A DNA stretch of 64,000 nt. Origin: Pristiophorus japonicus (Eukaryota). Made by a program: the position numbers and the translations under genes. The notes below the pieces were generated by a model. It was not told the origin of the DNA and did no database searches. It saw only the letters and a list, made by a program, of their open reading frames with translations. This document shows positions 13,554 to 26,300 of this stretch, piece after piece; within the stretch, counting starts at the first letter, position 1, and each line of letters opens with the position of its first letter. The DNA is taken from assembly GCF_044704955.1 (NCBI RefSeq), contig NC_091999.1, positions 47,864,001 through 47,928,000 on the forward strand. Reading direction: 5' to 3'.

Positions 13554-13599
13554 CCTATGCTATGCAGATAGTCACACGCCATGCTATCGTTTATTTTAC

Positions 13600-15699
13600 T
13601 CAGAGCATGGAATGGAGAGACTGGAGGTGAGGAAAGGCGATGAAAGGAGCAGAGAGGTGAGGAGGGGAGAAGAGAGAGGACAGGAGGCGGGAGGGGAGTA
13701 GGCGAGAGTAGATGAGTGTGGAGGTGAGGAGAGGAGGGGAATAGGAGAGCAGAGGTGAGGGGAGGAGATGAGTGGAGTGGAGAAGACAGCAGAGCAGAGT
13801 AGAGGATAGGAGGTGAGAGGAGAGGTTGGAGGAGGTAAGAGAGAAGATGAGCAGGAAGGGGAGGAGGGTTTAGTGGAGGAGAGGATAGAGGAGAGAAGAA
13901 GTAGAGAGGAGAGCAGAGCAGAGATGAGTAGAGGAATGGAGAGGAGAGTTGATAAGAGATAAGGAGAGGACAAGTGAGGAGAAAAGAGGGCAGAGGAGAA
14001 GATAGGAGAGGGGAAGAGAGGAGAGGAGGGGAATGGAGATGAGAGTGTAGGGGAGACGGTAGGAGAGGAGAGTGGAATAGAGGTGGGGAGAAGGTAGGGG
14101 AGAGAAGAGAGATGAGAGGGGAGAGGAGGAGAGGAGCGGAACGCAGAAGGGTGGAATGGAGTGAAGTAGAGAGGGGAGAGAGGATGCGAGGGAAGGAGAG
14201 TAGAGCAGAGGAGAGGGGAAGGGCGGCGGGAGAGTAGAGGAGAGACCATCAGAGGAGAAGAGAGGAAGAGAGTGGGGAGAGCAGGGGCGAGAAGAGATGA
14301 GAAGGGAGGGGAGGAGAGGGGAGAAGAGAGGGGAAGTGGGGAGGAGAATGGAGGGGAGAAGAGCTGTTGAGAGTCGAGCAACGGAGAGGAGAGTAGAGGA
14401 GATGAGAGGAGAGGAGAGAAAAGAAGAAAAGGAGAGAGGAGGGTAGTAGATTAGAGGAGAGGAGAGAATGCGACATGGGACAAGAGAGGAGAGTAGAAAA
14501 GAGGGCAGGAGAGGAAAGAAGAGTGGGTAGTGGAGAGGTGAGTAGAGGTGAATGGAAAAGAGGGGTGGTGAAGTTAGGGGAGAGGAGAGGAGAGAGAAGA
14601 CAATGAATGAGAGGAGGAGGTAAAAAGAGGGTAGAGGAAAGGAGAGCAGATGGAAGGAGAGGGTAGGAGGGCAAGGAGAGGAGTGGAGAAGAGAGGAGTG
14701 GAGAGGGTACAGGAGAGCAGAGGGAACGAGAGGAGCGGGAAGGAGAAGAGAGGGGAGAACATCAGAGGACACAAGTTGAGGAGAGGAGTTAAAATGAAAG
14801 GGGAGAAGAGGTGAGACGCAGGGGAGAGGGGAGAGGAGAAGAGGGGAGAATTTAGGGCAGCGGAGTAGAGATGATTGGAGTGGAGAGGAGAGTAGTGATA
14901 GAAGCGACTTGAAAACAGGGGGGAGGAGAGGATAGGGGAGGAGAGGAGATGATTGGAGATGAGAGAGCAGAGGAGAGGAAATGAGAGGAGATGAGAGGAG
15001 AATGGAGGAGAGGAAAGGGGAGGAGAAGAGGGTCGGGGTGAGGGGAGAATGGAATAGAGGCATGGAGAATGTAGGCGAGAGGGGAGAAAATGAGGACATA
15101 AGAGAGTTGAGAGAACAGCTGAAAGGGGAGGAGAGTTGTGGAAAGGCGGGGAGATGGGAGAGGAGAGAGGAGAGAACGGGAAAACAGCTGAGGAGAGAAG
15201 TGGAGAGGAGAGAGGAGCAGATGGGAGAAGGGATGAGCCGAGTGGAGAGGATAGAGGAGGAGAGGGGAGAGGAGGAGAGAAGATGAAAGGAAAAGGAGGT
15301 GAGCAGAGGAGAGAGGAGATGAGAGGAGTGTGGAGGAGAGGGGAGGCGAGAGGAGGAGAGTTGTGGAGAGGGGAGGAAAAGAGGGACGAGCGGCGAGAGG
15401 AGGATAGAGATGAGCAGGGAGGGGACGAGAGTGTAGGGGAGGAGAGGTGACAAGAAAGCAGAGCAGGGGAGAGTAGAGGAATGGAGAGTAGATGTGATGA
15501 GAGGAGAGGAGAGGTAATTGGAGTGAAGAGGGGAGGGGATTAGCGGAGAGGGCTGGGCAGGGGAGAGGAGAGGGTAGGGGCGAGGGTAGGAGAGGAGAAT
15601 AGAGTAGAGGAGGGGAGAAGGCAGGGGAGAGGAGAGGAGACGAGCATAGAAGAGATGTGAGGAGAGAGGAGAGGAGAGGGGAGGGGTGAGGAGGGGAGG
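13600..15699 (+). repeat. ~2.1 kb polypurine, degenerate (GGAGA)n low-complexity tract
   Basis: Almost entirely G/A on the + strand; source of spurious Leu/Ser/Pro and Glu/Arg/Gly ORFs. Confidence 0.95.
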
Positions 15700-16297
15700 T
15701 GTTGGGGTAAAAAGGAGGCTTCTCTCCTTTAAGGTGGACTAACTTATGTAGTTAAATGACATCTCGCCCAGCTTCCCACTGTATAACGACCAAGGAAGTA
15801 AACAAACGAAACCTCAGGTTTATTGGTTTTATTACGAGCAATGCACGGGAAGGTTCAATCTTGGAACCTCTGAAATAGAAGCGTTTTCAAGAATTATTTA
15901 TACAGGTGTTGGAGAGGAGCTAACCTCCTGCAAAATCATCGATAGTTCTATTGCTATTAGCGAAGTTACATTGATTTGTTGACTCTTATCAGACGGGCTC
16001 TGAGTGGTACATGCAACTGCCCATCTCTCATCTTTGTTTTGTTCCATTTTGCCCTCTACCCCAGTATATCCGATGCCTCGTATGGTTGTCCTGGTTTCTT
16101 TATCTCTTCTCAGGGACTTGTAAAGAAAACTGCTGATTTTGGCTGATTAAGTCTTACTAAGGTTAAGCTATAATATACTGCGTATAAGCGTGTTTTCCCT
16201 TTATAAGCAAGTGTTACATACATAGGTAATTGATAAGTTCACAACCTTCAGCATAATGCTGACCCCATATCTAGAACCTTACTATTTATCCCTTACA
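15700..16297 (-). repeat. 3' LTR of ERV B
   Basis: TGTTGGGG...CCCTTACA, homologous to 23515-24112; GGGGGTAAT purine tract precedes it on the minus strand. Confidence 0.9.
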
Positions 16298-16499
16298 ATT
16301 ACCCCCAAATGGCCCTTGGCTATATGCCCAAGATAGGTCATTTCGCAATTAATTCCACATGGGTGAGCTTCCAGGGGTGACCTTTTACTTGGGTAGTGCT
16401 ACTTCCCGAGCTCCTAGATCTATCTGTTGGTTTTCCCATCAAGGTTATACTATGTATGTCCTTTCTGCCGGACAGTCTGATTTCCCTTTCTTCAATGTT

Positions 16500-18450
16500 T
16501 TATCCATAGTACGGACTAGGGCCTGCCTCTTACGTCGGTTACAGCTTTTTAAAGGATAATACTAGCAAGGTGAGTTCCATTGCACTACAACCAGTACAAT
16601 GAGTCCAGCATAGTTCGTGTATAAGTCCTTTCTAGCCAATATTTTCTCGGTGTTCGAATTATGCCCCGCCTGGGGTATACTCTCTTTCTTCTATTTTTCC
16701 TCCACTTGGGGTCTTCTCTATTCTACCGAATTCTTGCCCTGCCTGGAGTATCCTCTATGTTGTCGAATGGTGTCCAATTCAGTCCAGTTTGTTTCTCTTT
16801 CAATTCGAGTATCGGTTTTCCTTGTTGTCCGATGGCCTTCGCATAACCTCCTCAGGTAATGTCCATCATTGTCCCATCGATCATTCCTCCTTTAGCTCAG
16901 GGGTTATAATAAACCCATTTACATCTGTCTCGTTAAGTGGAGTAAAGCAGAAGTCAATATCCATAATGGTGCATGAGGTGTTCCTTTCTTCATTTCAGTT
17001 GCCGTGATGCTCACACATGAATCTCCATAACCTCGTGAAACAGCGATAATTTTGTAGTCCTGTGTTAGTGGGGGTGATACTCAAGATGCACCCGTCCACT
17101 TGATTATATCCACAGTCATCTTTGATCATTCGTAGTGGATCTCGACATAAAGCAACTTGGTTATTTTTATAACAATCTACATATGCTGAGACTCTTAGTA
17201 CTGTTGTTCTCTTCAATTAAATTTCTGTTTTTTCATCGTACCGCACACGAGTTTGATTCCTTTTTACTCCTACATTGTTTGGTGTAGAGTATCTACCATT
17301 GTCACATCATACTGTCCTTTTGATAATAAAAAATCTATTTAATGTGCGGTTACACAGCAGGCCTTTGAAACCCAAGCATGACTGTTTCTCTGCACCTCGC
17401 AGGCATGAGTCATGTTTTTTCTAAGGTCCAGTTGGTAAATATATCAAGTGTTATCCAACCGGCACCTTTCTATTCTGAAGCTGTTCAATGTTATGTTGTA
17501 TTCCATTCAGCAACCATACTCCATATCCTATACATAATAGTTCTGTCTGTATGGTTTTACTTAAGTTCGTTTCTGCTCTATTCATTTTTAGTTCTGGCGT
17601 GGTCTCGCAATGTGTGGGCCACTTTAATAATTCCCTTTCTGCGCCATTACCCAGTTGTGTCTGTAACTTTTCATGATCCTCATCCCTTTCCAGCAATCCC
17701 TGTAAGGTTTGTGTTTGGGCGTTAACTCGATCATCTATCGTGTCTGGCCCTATAGTGTTCCAACTCCCGCAACGTATCCCACCGTGTGCCATTTCTAGCA
17801 TCCCTCATTTTCCCCTGTCCCGTTTTTTACCTGACCCTCTTTCGACAATAAATTTCATGGCTTTTGATTGAGGGCCTTTAAGTGCTCGCAGGGTCAAGTT
17901 TCTATACAGTCTTATACTGTTTAACCTGCAGATGTTGGTGTTAGTTATATTGTTTAAATTTACGAATACAGTAATTATTCGCTGACGTACCCTGACGTGT
18001 ATCTTATCCTTGGTCTGCCATAGCAATTTCTCTTTTGCCCCAGTGTTTACAGTTGGACACGTTTGTGGCGCTGGGCGTGTGATGGTCGAGGTCCTGGTAA
18101 TGCTCACTGTTGCTAAACTAGTGGATGGGGCCGTGTTGGTGGGTCTATCTCTGGAGATATCCCTCCACCACCATTCATAGATGTTGAGTGAAATCTGCAC
18201 CCACTTCCCCGGGTGCAGTATGTTTGACCCTCCTGATTATAAAACACACCGCGGTCTTATTCCCACTAATTATGGTCCCGTATTATTGACACATCCCCAA
18301 TGTTGTTTCGTTTCCTTGTTACGTTGTTTTATGCCCGTTATTTAACTCTACTGTTGTTCCGTCCTTCACCATCAGTGTTTTTGATGTTTTATTAAACTAA
18401 TGTCGCCCAAGTTCCTGTAATACAGGCCTTGCCATCCCTCAGTCTGTTGT
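16500..18450 (-). pseudogene. env: ERV B env remnant (class I fusion protein, F-protein-like Cys pattern)
   Basis: Basic cleavage region GKKRDRGK (~17810), fusion-peptide/heptad region (ORF 17451-17801), DCYKNNQVALCRDPLRMIKDDCGYNQVDGC, GYGDSCVSIT, CTIMDIDFCFTP, hydrophobic TM remnant ~16560-16620; many stops and frameshifts. Confidence 0.75.
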
Positions 18451-18544
18451 CCCTGATATGAGGCTGCGTTACTCCACGTTATTTCCACGAGCTCTTGAGT
18501 CCTGCAAAAAGCAATATTTTCCGGTCGTCACTGGTTAGTTAGTG

Positions 18545-20900
18545 TCATGCTTTTTTAACTGGATCCAGTGTTTCCACTTGCCGATACTCCTTATAAGTAC
18601 CATAATTTACCATGATTACCTGATAGAGACCGATCCATTTGGATGCGATCCCGACCCTCTCTGGGGTAATCTCTTGACTGCCTATTTGGGGTGTTTGGAA
18701 CTTCTGTTTCTTAGTGTCGTTCTCTAAATCCATCACCAGCATCTGGATATCGAGCTTATCATGTTGGTTCTACCTGTATGCACATACCCGTGGTATAAAT
18801 TTAATAGGCTCCCCTGGATGCATTCCGGGGCCACCACATTCCCATCTTTTCTCCATATCCCGTCGGTCCCTTGTTTGGCCCTCTCTGCTTCCACTCCTCC
18901 TGTTCCTGCGGAGTGGCCTCTCCCTGTACCTCAAGCATATTTACTTCCTCAGGCCCAATTGTACATGCTCTGCCTTGGGCTTCCCCGGCCAGTGTACCTG
19001 CCACTCGCTTTGCTGCTTCATCTGTCCATGCATTCCCCTGTTCATACTGATCATTATTTTTTACGTGTGCTTTGATCTTTATTATCGCACACTCCTGGGG
19101 TAGGAAGGAGGCTTCCACTAGATGTTTCCCAATCTCCTCATGTTTAATCGGTCCTCCTCCTGAGGTCGTGTATCACCGTCTGCTCCAGGCTATCATATAA
19201 TCATGCTCTACTCCGATAGCATATCGACAGTCTGTATAGATATTTACTCATTTTGCCCTCGCAAGCCTCAGAGCCTCAGTGAGAACCACAAATTCAACCA
19301 CTTGAGCTGATAGATTGTCTTCTAACCGTCCTTCCCCTTTGACCTGACCGCTGCTATCTACCACGACCCATTCCGTCTGTGGTGTCCCATTGATATAGCG
19401 CCGAAACTCATCTACATGTAGATCCATGTCTGCCTCCTCAAGCAGGGTTTCACTTGCCTGACTACTTCCCTCATCTTCTGTTGTGCTACAATGATGCTCC
19501 TCTCCCTCTGTAATGATCCACCCTGCAGGCGTCTTTTATTATTGTTACCGTCCTGTTGAGTGGGGCGGGGGGCGTGGTGGGGGGTGGCGGGAGAGGAGGG
19601 GGGAGAACATTATTTACCACCTCGCCATTTGTGCATCGAATACATTTTTAGCCTTCCAGTTTTAAGTAATTCTACTAAGGTACGCTGGGTTTGTAGAATA
19701 ATGCATCCTGACATTATTATTGGTTCGTTAACTCTGATGGCCCAAGCCGCACAGTCGAGGGCAGCAACGCACCTGGACAGTCCTGCAGCTGCAGATTGCG
19801 GTTTATCTGAGTAATATGCCACGGTCTATGCCTGTCTCCATGTAATTGAATCATCACCGCGTTATAATGATGGTTAATATGGTAGGTATAGACGTGAAAG
19901 GGCCTATTCTGGTCTGGTAGTCCCAGGGCTGGATGACTTGTGAGAGTTTGTTTTAACCGCACACATGCAGTTTCTTGATCTAGGCCCAAGTTTACTGGCT
20001 CTTAGGAGGGGTCCCATCCTTTGACCTGTTTCTGTATAGGTTAGGCCACCTTGGCATATTCGGGAATAACATTTCTGCAGTAGTTTAATAGCCCGAGTAC
20101 CTGCCTGACCCCTTTCACGGTTCCTGGTCTGGGGATTGATTGAATTGTTCCTTACTGTCCTCGGGCATCTGTTTCTTCCCTTACGATATTATGTATCCCA
20201 GATATGTTACTTCGCTCCTTCTTTCTCCTAAGTCTACTGGTTCCAAAATCCCTGACAATATTCGATGAAGTATGCTCCAGCTGTTATTGAATCCCAGTGG
20301 TACCTTCGCCCATGTGTTTTGTTATCCATTTACCTTGAAGACAAATTTTCCTTGAGACTCTTTGGCTAAGGGAATGGTCCAGGTTCCATTCATTATATCC
20401 AGCACGGTGAATATCTTATGATCTGGATCCAGGCGATTAAAAATTGTGGCTGGACTTGCCACTATTGGGTGTTCTCCGGAAGTCACCTTATTCAGGGTGG
20501 TATAATCGATAGTCAATCGGTAAGACCTGTCGGGTTTCTTCATCAGCCACACAGGTGAATTAATAGAGGCTATTACATGTTTCAATATACTTTGCTCCTC
20601 TAATTCATGCACTATCTGACAGACCGCTGCCTCAGCTTCGGGTGTTAATTGGAACTGTCGGTGAGCTTTGTGTTCGGGTCCAGGAATTTTGATGGGTGAT
20701 ATCTCGGCTAATCCATAATCTTGTTTGCATTGTGCCCACAGAGTCGGGTATAATTGGCACACGCTACCCCATACACCCTTTGTTTCCCACTCGGGTTGGA
20801 TTATGTTTGTTCCTACCACTCGTTGCTGCTGGTGTCCCGGGTTTTCGAACTTAATTCGGTTTCGTGCTTATCTCCCAAAATTATCCGATTACGCTGAAGA
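18545..20900 (-). pseudogene. pol: ERV B pol remnant (RT, tether, RNase H, partial integrase)
   Basis: RT NSPVWLMKKPDRSYRLTIDY..LNK, FTVLDI.NG.W; thumb KGVRQVLGLLNYCRN; tether LGLPDQNRPFH/AYYS; RNase H SAQVVE..VNIYTD..KIKAH..GNAWTDEAAK; integrase LYHGYVHTG and KWIGLYQV. The YxDD segment, protease and integrase core appear deleted. Confidence 0.88.
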
Positions 20901-20999
20901 ACTATCAGTACCCCTCTCTCCCGAAATGTATCGCTGCCTTCTGTATGCCTTCTTTATGTTGTCTTCTGTATTCTGACAGCACCTAAACTGAGCAGGTAG

Positions 21000-22210
21000 C
21001 ATTAACCCTGTACTTCGACAACACCATCTCACTTCGGGTTGCTTTCTGATATCCCCCACTCTCTCCTTGTATGTTGATGGTCCTATGGGTCAGGGGCAAA
21101 TCTAAGTTGGTTATTGGGTGTTCTCGGGTTGGGGCGGTGGTGGCAGTGGTACCAGTGGTGCTGGTACCTGTCTGAGCATGTCCATCAGATCTTCCCTGGT
21201 TAATGGTATTCCCTTCTTTGCCTGTTTGTGGTCTCGCCATCCAGCGCCTTCCTCATAACTCCAGCAATCTTTGGCCAAATGTCCAAGTTTACCACAATTT
21301 TGACATGTCCCTTTAGAATTGCTGTAACGTCTGCTTTTCTGCAGGCAATCCCTACTGAAGTTACCTTCCTGATTGCAGTTTAAACATATCAGTGGAGCTG
21401 CGCGGGAGTGTGTCTCTTCCTCCTTCGTCTCTGCTGCTAACGCTGTTGCTGCTATTTTTGCTCATTTTTCCCTTGTTCTAACTTTAACCACTCTACATGT
21501 TCTGCCCATTCCAAAGTTTTATCATAATCATCTCCTGTCTTAAATACTCACTTAATTATCTTTTGATGTGCCTTTCCTAGTCCATCCTTAAACATTTTCA
21601 AGAATGCTGCATCATTTCTGTTGCGGTCATCAGCCCCAGAGTGGTTTTTGTATTCAATCCACTTTCGTTCCCCGTACTCCCCAACCCTTTTCCCTGCCTT
21701 TTGAGTCACAGTATTCTACTCCAGTCTTTTGTCAGAGTTCTGTATCTCTACTATTTTGCTTTAGCGGGTGGTAACTTATTCAATAGAATTTGTCTCCTGT
21801 GGGCTGAGGGGCACCTCCTGTATGGCAATGTGGGCTGCTCTACATCCGCTGGAGCGAATGGTGGTCGTGCGTATCCGTGCCACTGATAAATAGCCATTAT
21901 CATGTGCCGGGGCCACCTCTACTCCAAACTCATTATCCCTGTCTGATTGACTGTTAGGTTGGGGTTGTGGACTGCACTTACCCACCTTGGGGTACATTAT
22001 CTCTATTACCGTAGGTGATGGTGCTATGGCTGTGCTCTGCGCTATCTATCTGATCCTGTCTTTTTCTCTGCCAGCTTATTTATCTTAGCTTCTAACTCTT
22101 GAATTTGATGTGTTTAAATATCTAAATGTCCTCTGTAGCAGGTGATTATTATTACATAGGCTTTCTTCGTTTTGTTTTCATTCTGAATATCCCCACATTT
22201 CTTCTGTCTG
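21000..22210 (-). pseudogene. gag: ERV B gag remnant
   Basis: Coiled-coil QIQELEAKINKLAEKK (~22060-22115) and zinc knuckle CQNCGKLGHLAKDC (~21265-21306). Confidence 0.82.
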
Positions 22211-23494
22211 TCAGGTGAGTCTTTTTTCTTTTATTAAGAAATCCAAACTAATAATGTCCAGTATAAAACATCTTTCAATGGAAAGGGTTAACTCCACTAC
22301 AGGTTTGTAAGAAGGTTTGGCGTCATTACGTGACTTCGGGTATCCATCTGAAAATATTACCCCAAGTCTTTGTGCTTTCAAAACTTGATAAGAAATTAGG
22401 AATCCGTTAAAATAGCAGAAATTATTGGTAAAGTTGTCAAAATAAAACTTTCTCAGCGGGAAAGGCAGCATTTTAGATTAAACTCCAATTTCTCTACACA
22501 CCCAATTCAAATACGTGCCAACGAGTTTTTCATTGATTTAAAGCGAGACCACACATTTTAATAGCTATTTTGTTTACAGAAATCCAATTTCCACGCAAGC
22601 TATATACATTCCAGCATTTTGTTTTTTTATGGTCCCGTTCACTGAGCAAATCTTGTGTTTTATTTTCACTCGGCACAAAATCTAAACTTCTGTGCCGGTC
22701 CATCTTTTTAAGAATCCTGTAATTCCCAGTTTTTTCTTTCTGTGCTGAGTTCACATAACTTAGATCTTTCCCCCCTTTTGAATCTGAACTTAATCATTTT
22801 TTGATGACATTACTCCAGTCCATAGTTAAACATCTTTGTTTCTCTTCCTCGGCACAAAGCCTTGTCGGGTTTAACTCATAAGTTTTTATATTTCAACCAA
22901 TATGCTTTTCACAGCCAATTTAAATCTCGTTTCTTGAAATTAGGTTTAGTATTTTGATGATCTTCCTCCAGTCCATTTTGCTCAACATCTTTGTTTCTCT
23001 GCAGCTTTCAAAGTCAAATTTCTATCTTTTGATAAAAACAAACTGTCCTTTGTAAATTCAATTTGATATCCAACATTTTTCTTTTCTTTTATTAATTTTC
23101 CATTTATCTCAGCGAGCATTTTATCCCACTGGCATAGGATCCTGGGGTCCCACCCCACGGTTTAGGTTGTATTCCTTCTTGTTTGCACCGCACACGATCA
23201 ATACCAGCTTCACTGTGTGATTACCACGTCATGCTTCAGGACATACGCCTTATATTTCCTCTAACAATCGCTGGGGTCCACTCCCCATGCGGTTGCATTC
23301 CTTCTTTTTCAGGCATACACCTATCCCACCCTTGGTTTTCAACCATCTGTGGTTCGTTATAAGTTGTCCTGCAGCTGACCCCTTCAAATTCTTTATACAA
23401 ATTAGCTCCTTCCCCGTCAATGCTACAGCTGCATGTGGTAAAAAACATGCTCACTCCCATTTAGCTGTCACGTGATCCAGGTCGGAAGGTCTGC

Positions 23495-23512
23495 ATCCGG
23501 TTCATGACGCCA
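23495..23512 (-). promoter_or_regulatory. Primer-binding site, tRNA-Ser(CGA)-like
   Basis: + strand ATCCGGTTCATGACGCCA matches 16/18 with ATCCTGTTCGTGACGCCA; 2 nt from the LTR. Confidence 0.8.
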
Positions 23513-23514
23513 AA

Positions 23515-24112
23515 TGTTGGGGTTAAAAAGGAGGCTTCTTTTCTTCGACGTGGACTAACTGATATAGTTCATCGACACCTCACCTTTCTCCCACTGTATA
23601 ACGACCACGGATGTGAACACACGAAATCCCACGATCAACTGGCTTTTATTACCAGCAATTGCAAGGGAAGGTTCAGTCCTGGAACCTCCGAAATACAAGA
23701 GTTTTCAAGCATAACTTATACAGGTTTTGGAGAGGAGCTATCCTCCTGCAAAATCATCGACAGGTCTATTGATATCAGCGAAGTTACATTGATTTGTCGA
23801 CTCTTATCCGACGGGCTCTGAGTGCTAAATGCAACAGTCCATCTCTCATCATTGTTTTGTTCCATTTTTCCCTCTACCCCAGTCTATCCGACGGTTAGAG
23901 TGGCTGTACTTGCTTATTTATCTCTTCCTCAGGGACGTAAAAATACTGCTGACCGGCTGTTTAAGTATTACAGAGGTTACGGATTCAGTTCAATGCGTTA
24001 TACATTTGCGCTGTACCTACATAAGCAAGTGTTACCTACATAGCAATTATAAGTTCATAACCTTCATCATAATTCTGAGCTCCTATTTGCAACCTTATAA
24101 TTTATCCCTTGA
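23515..24112 (-). repeat. 5' LTR of ERV B
   Basis: Colinear with 15700-16297, roughly 80-85% identical by eye; terminal ACA altered (CCCTTGA). Confidence 0.9.
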
Positions 24113-25487
24113 TGGGGTCGATGCAAAGCCTCCATCATTGTTCCCCATGAGTCATCTCATTGTTTGGTGAGACGGTTATTCTCTCTGCTTAGATCTTCTT
24201 TTTAAATCTCAAGATTTCCTAATTGTTTACATTGCAGCCCCTACGTGAATTGCATTGATACTCTGCTGTTGCATTACTGCAGTAGCTGAGGCAAATTGAC
24301 TCTGCAAATTCACAATTTTCTGTTTAATGTCTGAATCTATTTTCTGCAATTCTTCATTCTTAGCCGAATTTTTTTTTCCAGTTCTGATATTTTATCCTCT
24401 AATTCTTTCTTGACCTTTGATTGACGTCCTGCGAAGTACGAAGCTGCACAGGTGACTTAACTCATCGCCTTACCCAGCTTCCATTTCTTAGCTTTAATCT
24501 GTTCATCAATAAAAGTGACCGTATCCTGAAGGGATACATTCGGAATCTTCCCGAGGCAATCTAGCAACAGTGTCTGCACTTGCGTTTCGTCACATCTTTT
24601 TTCTAACTTTTCCAAGAGACTCTTCCAAGAGACACTCCTCCGGCATCTGAAAATTAATTATTTTTAAGTAAGCTTCCTTAATGAAGATAACAGTCACTAG
24701 CAGTTGACGTAAATCAACCTTACACAAGATTTGATCTGCCTTGCATCTGCTGGTGACACACAAGAACTTGTTTTCAAATAGAGAGAAAAAATTACAAGAG
24801 TTCCCAATTAACTTGATTATTGAGTATATTGCATTTTGTTCAATATCTCTTTGTTTTGTTCCTTCGTGGTCGCCAGATGTAGTTTTTAACCAATGAGCAG
24901 CTTTTTGCCGCTTTGCTAACTATAGCAATTCAGCTATTTCCAGGGTATATAATTAATTCAAACTGGGAGACTCTTGTTCAGATCATACCAAATACGTGTA
25001 ATACAGGTATAGTGAGTAAAAACAGTGTTTTATCAAGTAAATTACATTCTGTTACAAAAAGTAATACTTAACAAATTATAGTCACAGTCTAATTCTCGAT
25101 AGCGTCCTCTCGAGCTGACCGTGGTGCCGACTCCTTATCTCCTGTTCGCTTGATTCGCACTGCCTTCTGAGTAGAAGAGCTGTTACTTTATACCATTTTT
25201 CTCCCATTCAAAAGCTGTGAAAATTTACAGCTGTTGTAGCCTTACAGTAGTTCATATTATCTACTGCCTTTGACTTTCTATGTTATCTCTATCTCCCTCC
25301 CTCTCTGTGGCAGGAATCACTTCTCTGAGAACAATTATACAGACCATGGTCACACAGAATTCATTACTGAGGTTGGCTTTACAAAAATATGACAAGAACT
25401 GGTACGCAATGTATACCTTTATGTTATTGATTAATAATTTTGGCCTTGATCTTTGTATTTCTAAATGAAGCTTTATCAGCAGTTACA
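24113..25487 (-). mobile_element. Endogenous retrovirus C fragment (5' LTR from 24878, tRNA-Arg PBS 24860-24875, gag N-terminus)
   Basis: Minus-strand PBS TGGCGACCACGAAGG (tRNA-Arg 3' end); gag-like ..IDEQIKAKKWKLGKA..KVKKELEDKISELEKK; LTR right edge uncertain. Confidence 0.7.
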
Positions 25488-25539
25488 AAAATGGATAAAA
25501 TAATAATGACTCAATTTTAAAATTATGCTTTGTTCATGT

Positions 25540-26300
25540 TTGTAAATGTATATGTGGTTATGTCGAAATGTTTGTTTATGTTGAGGTGTAAGTGTGTGTG
25601 AGTTTTCGTGTAACATTGTGTTCACATGTAAGTGTGTGTGTGTGTGTGTTTTGTGTTAGTTTGTGTTTGGATTTATAGGCATGTCAATGCTTGTGTAATT
25701 GTGTTGAGGTATGTGTTTTCCTGTAAGTGTATGGTTATGTCTCAATGTTGTTCATGTTTGGTGAGTGTTTGTGTGTGTATGTTTCGTGTAAGTGTGTGTT
25801 TTGATGTGTGTGTATAAGTGCAATAGTGTGTTTGCATGCAAGCGTGTGTGTGTTTTGTGTAAATCTGTATTTGATTTGATGCATTTGTTTACGAGTGTGT
25901 GTGTGTTTTGTGCAAGTCTGTGTGTGGATTGACGTGTTTATTTACCTGTGTGTAAGTCTGTTTTTGTGTTTTGTGTAAGTGTGTGTGTGGATTGATGTGT
26001 GTGTAAGTGTGTTTTTGCAAGTGTGTGTGTGGGTAGATGTGTGTGTTTTATTGTGTGTAAGTGTGTATAAATGTGTTTTGTGTAAGTGTGTGTGTGTGGA
26101 TTGATGTGTGTGTTTATGTGTGTGTAAGTGTGTGTGTGCTTTGTGTAAATGTGTGTGTAGATTGATATATGTGTTGATATGTGTGTAAATGTGTGTAAGT
26201 GTGTTTTGTGTATGCGTGTCTGGATTGATATGTGTGTCTATGCTTGTGTAAGTGTGTATAAGTTTCCGTTGTGTTAGTGTGCGTTTCGATTGACGTGTAT
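25540..26300. repeat. Degenerate TG-rich satellite (TGTGTAAGTG-type)
   Basis: Long imperfect (TG)n with recurring GTAAGTGTG and GATTGATGTG motifs. Confidence 0.9.

Larger units (their letters stand above)
15700..24112 (-). mobile_element. Two-LTR endogenous retrovirus B (lokiretrovirus-like), decayed
   Basis: Paired ~600-bp LTRs, PBS, purine tract, gag CCHC knuckle, RT, tether + RNase H, integrase fragments and env in canonical order. Confidence 0.9.

Noticed and set aside
13596-15453. Long ORFs (527 aa, 261 aa) rich in Leu/Ser/Pro
   Set aside because: Artefacts of the purine tract; no domain content.
13600-15699. Ig switch region
   Set aside because: Lies downstream of the C exons, is not AGCT-rich, and sharks lack classical S regions.
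4663-24875. tRNA genes at the ...GCCA motifs
   Set aside because: Only 15-18 nt 3'-end matches abutting LTRs; these are primer-binding sites.
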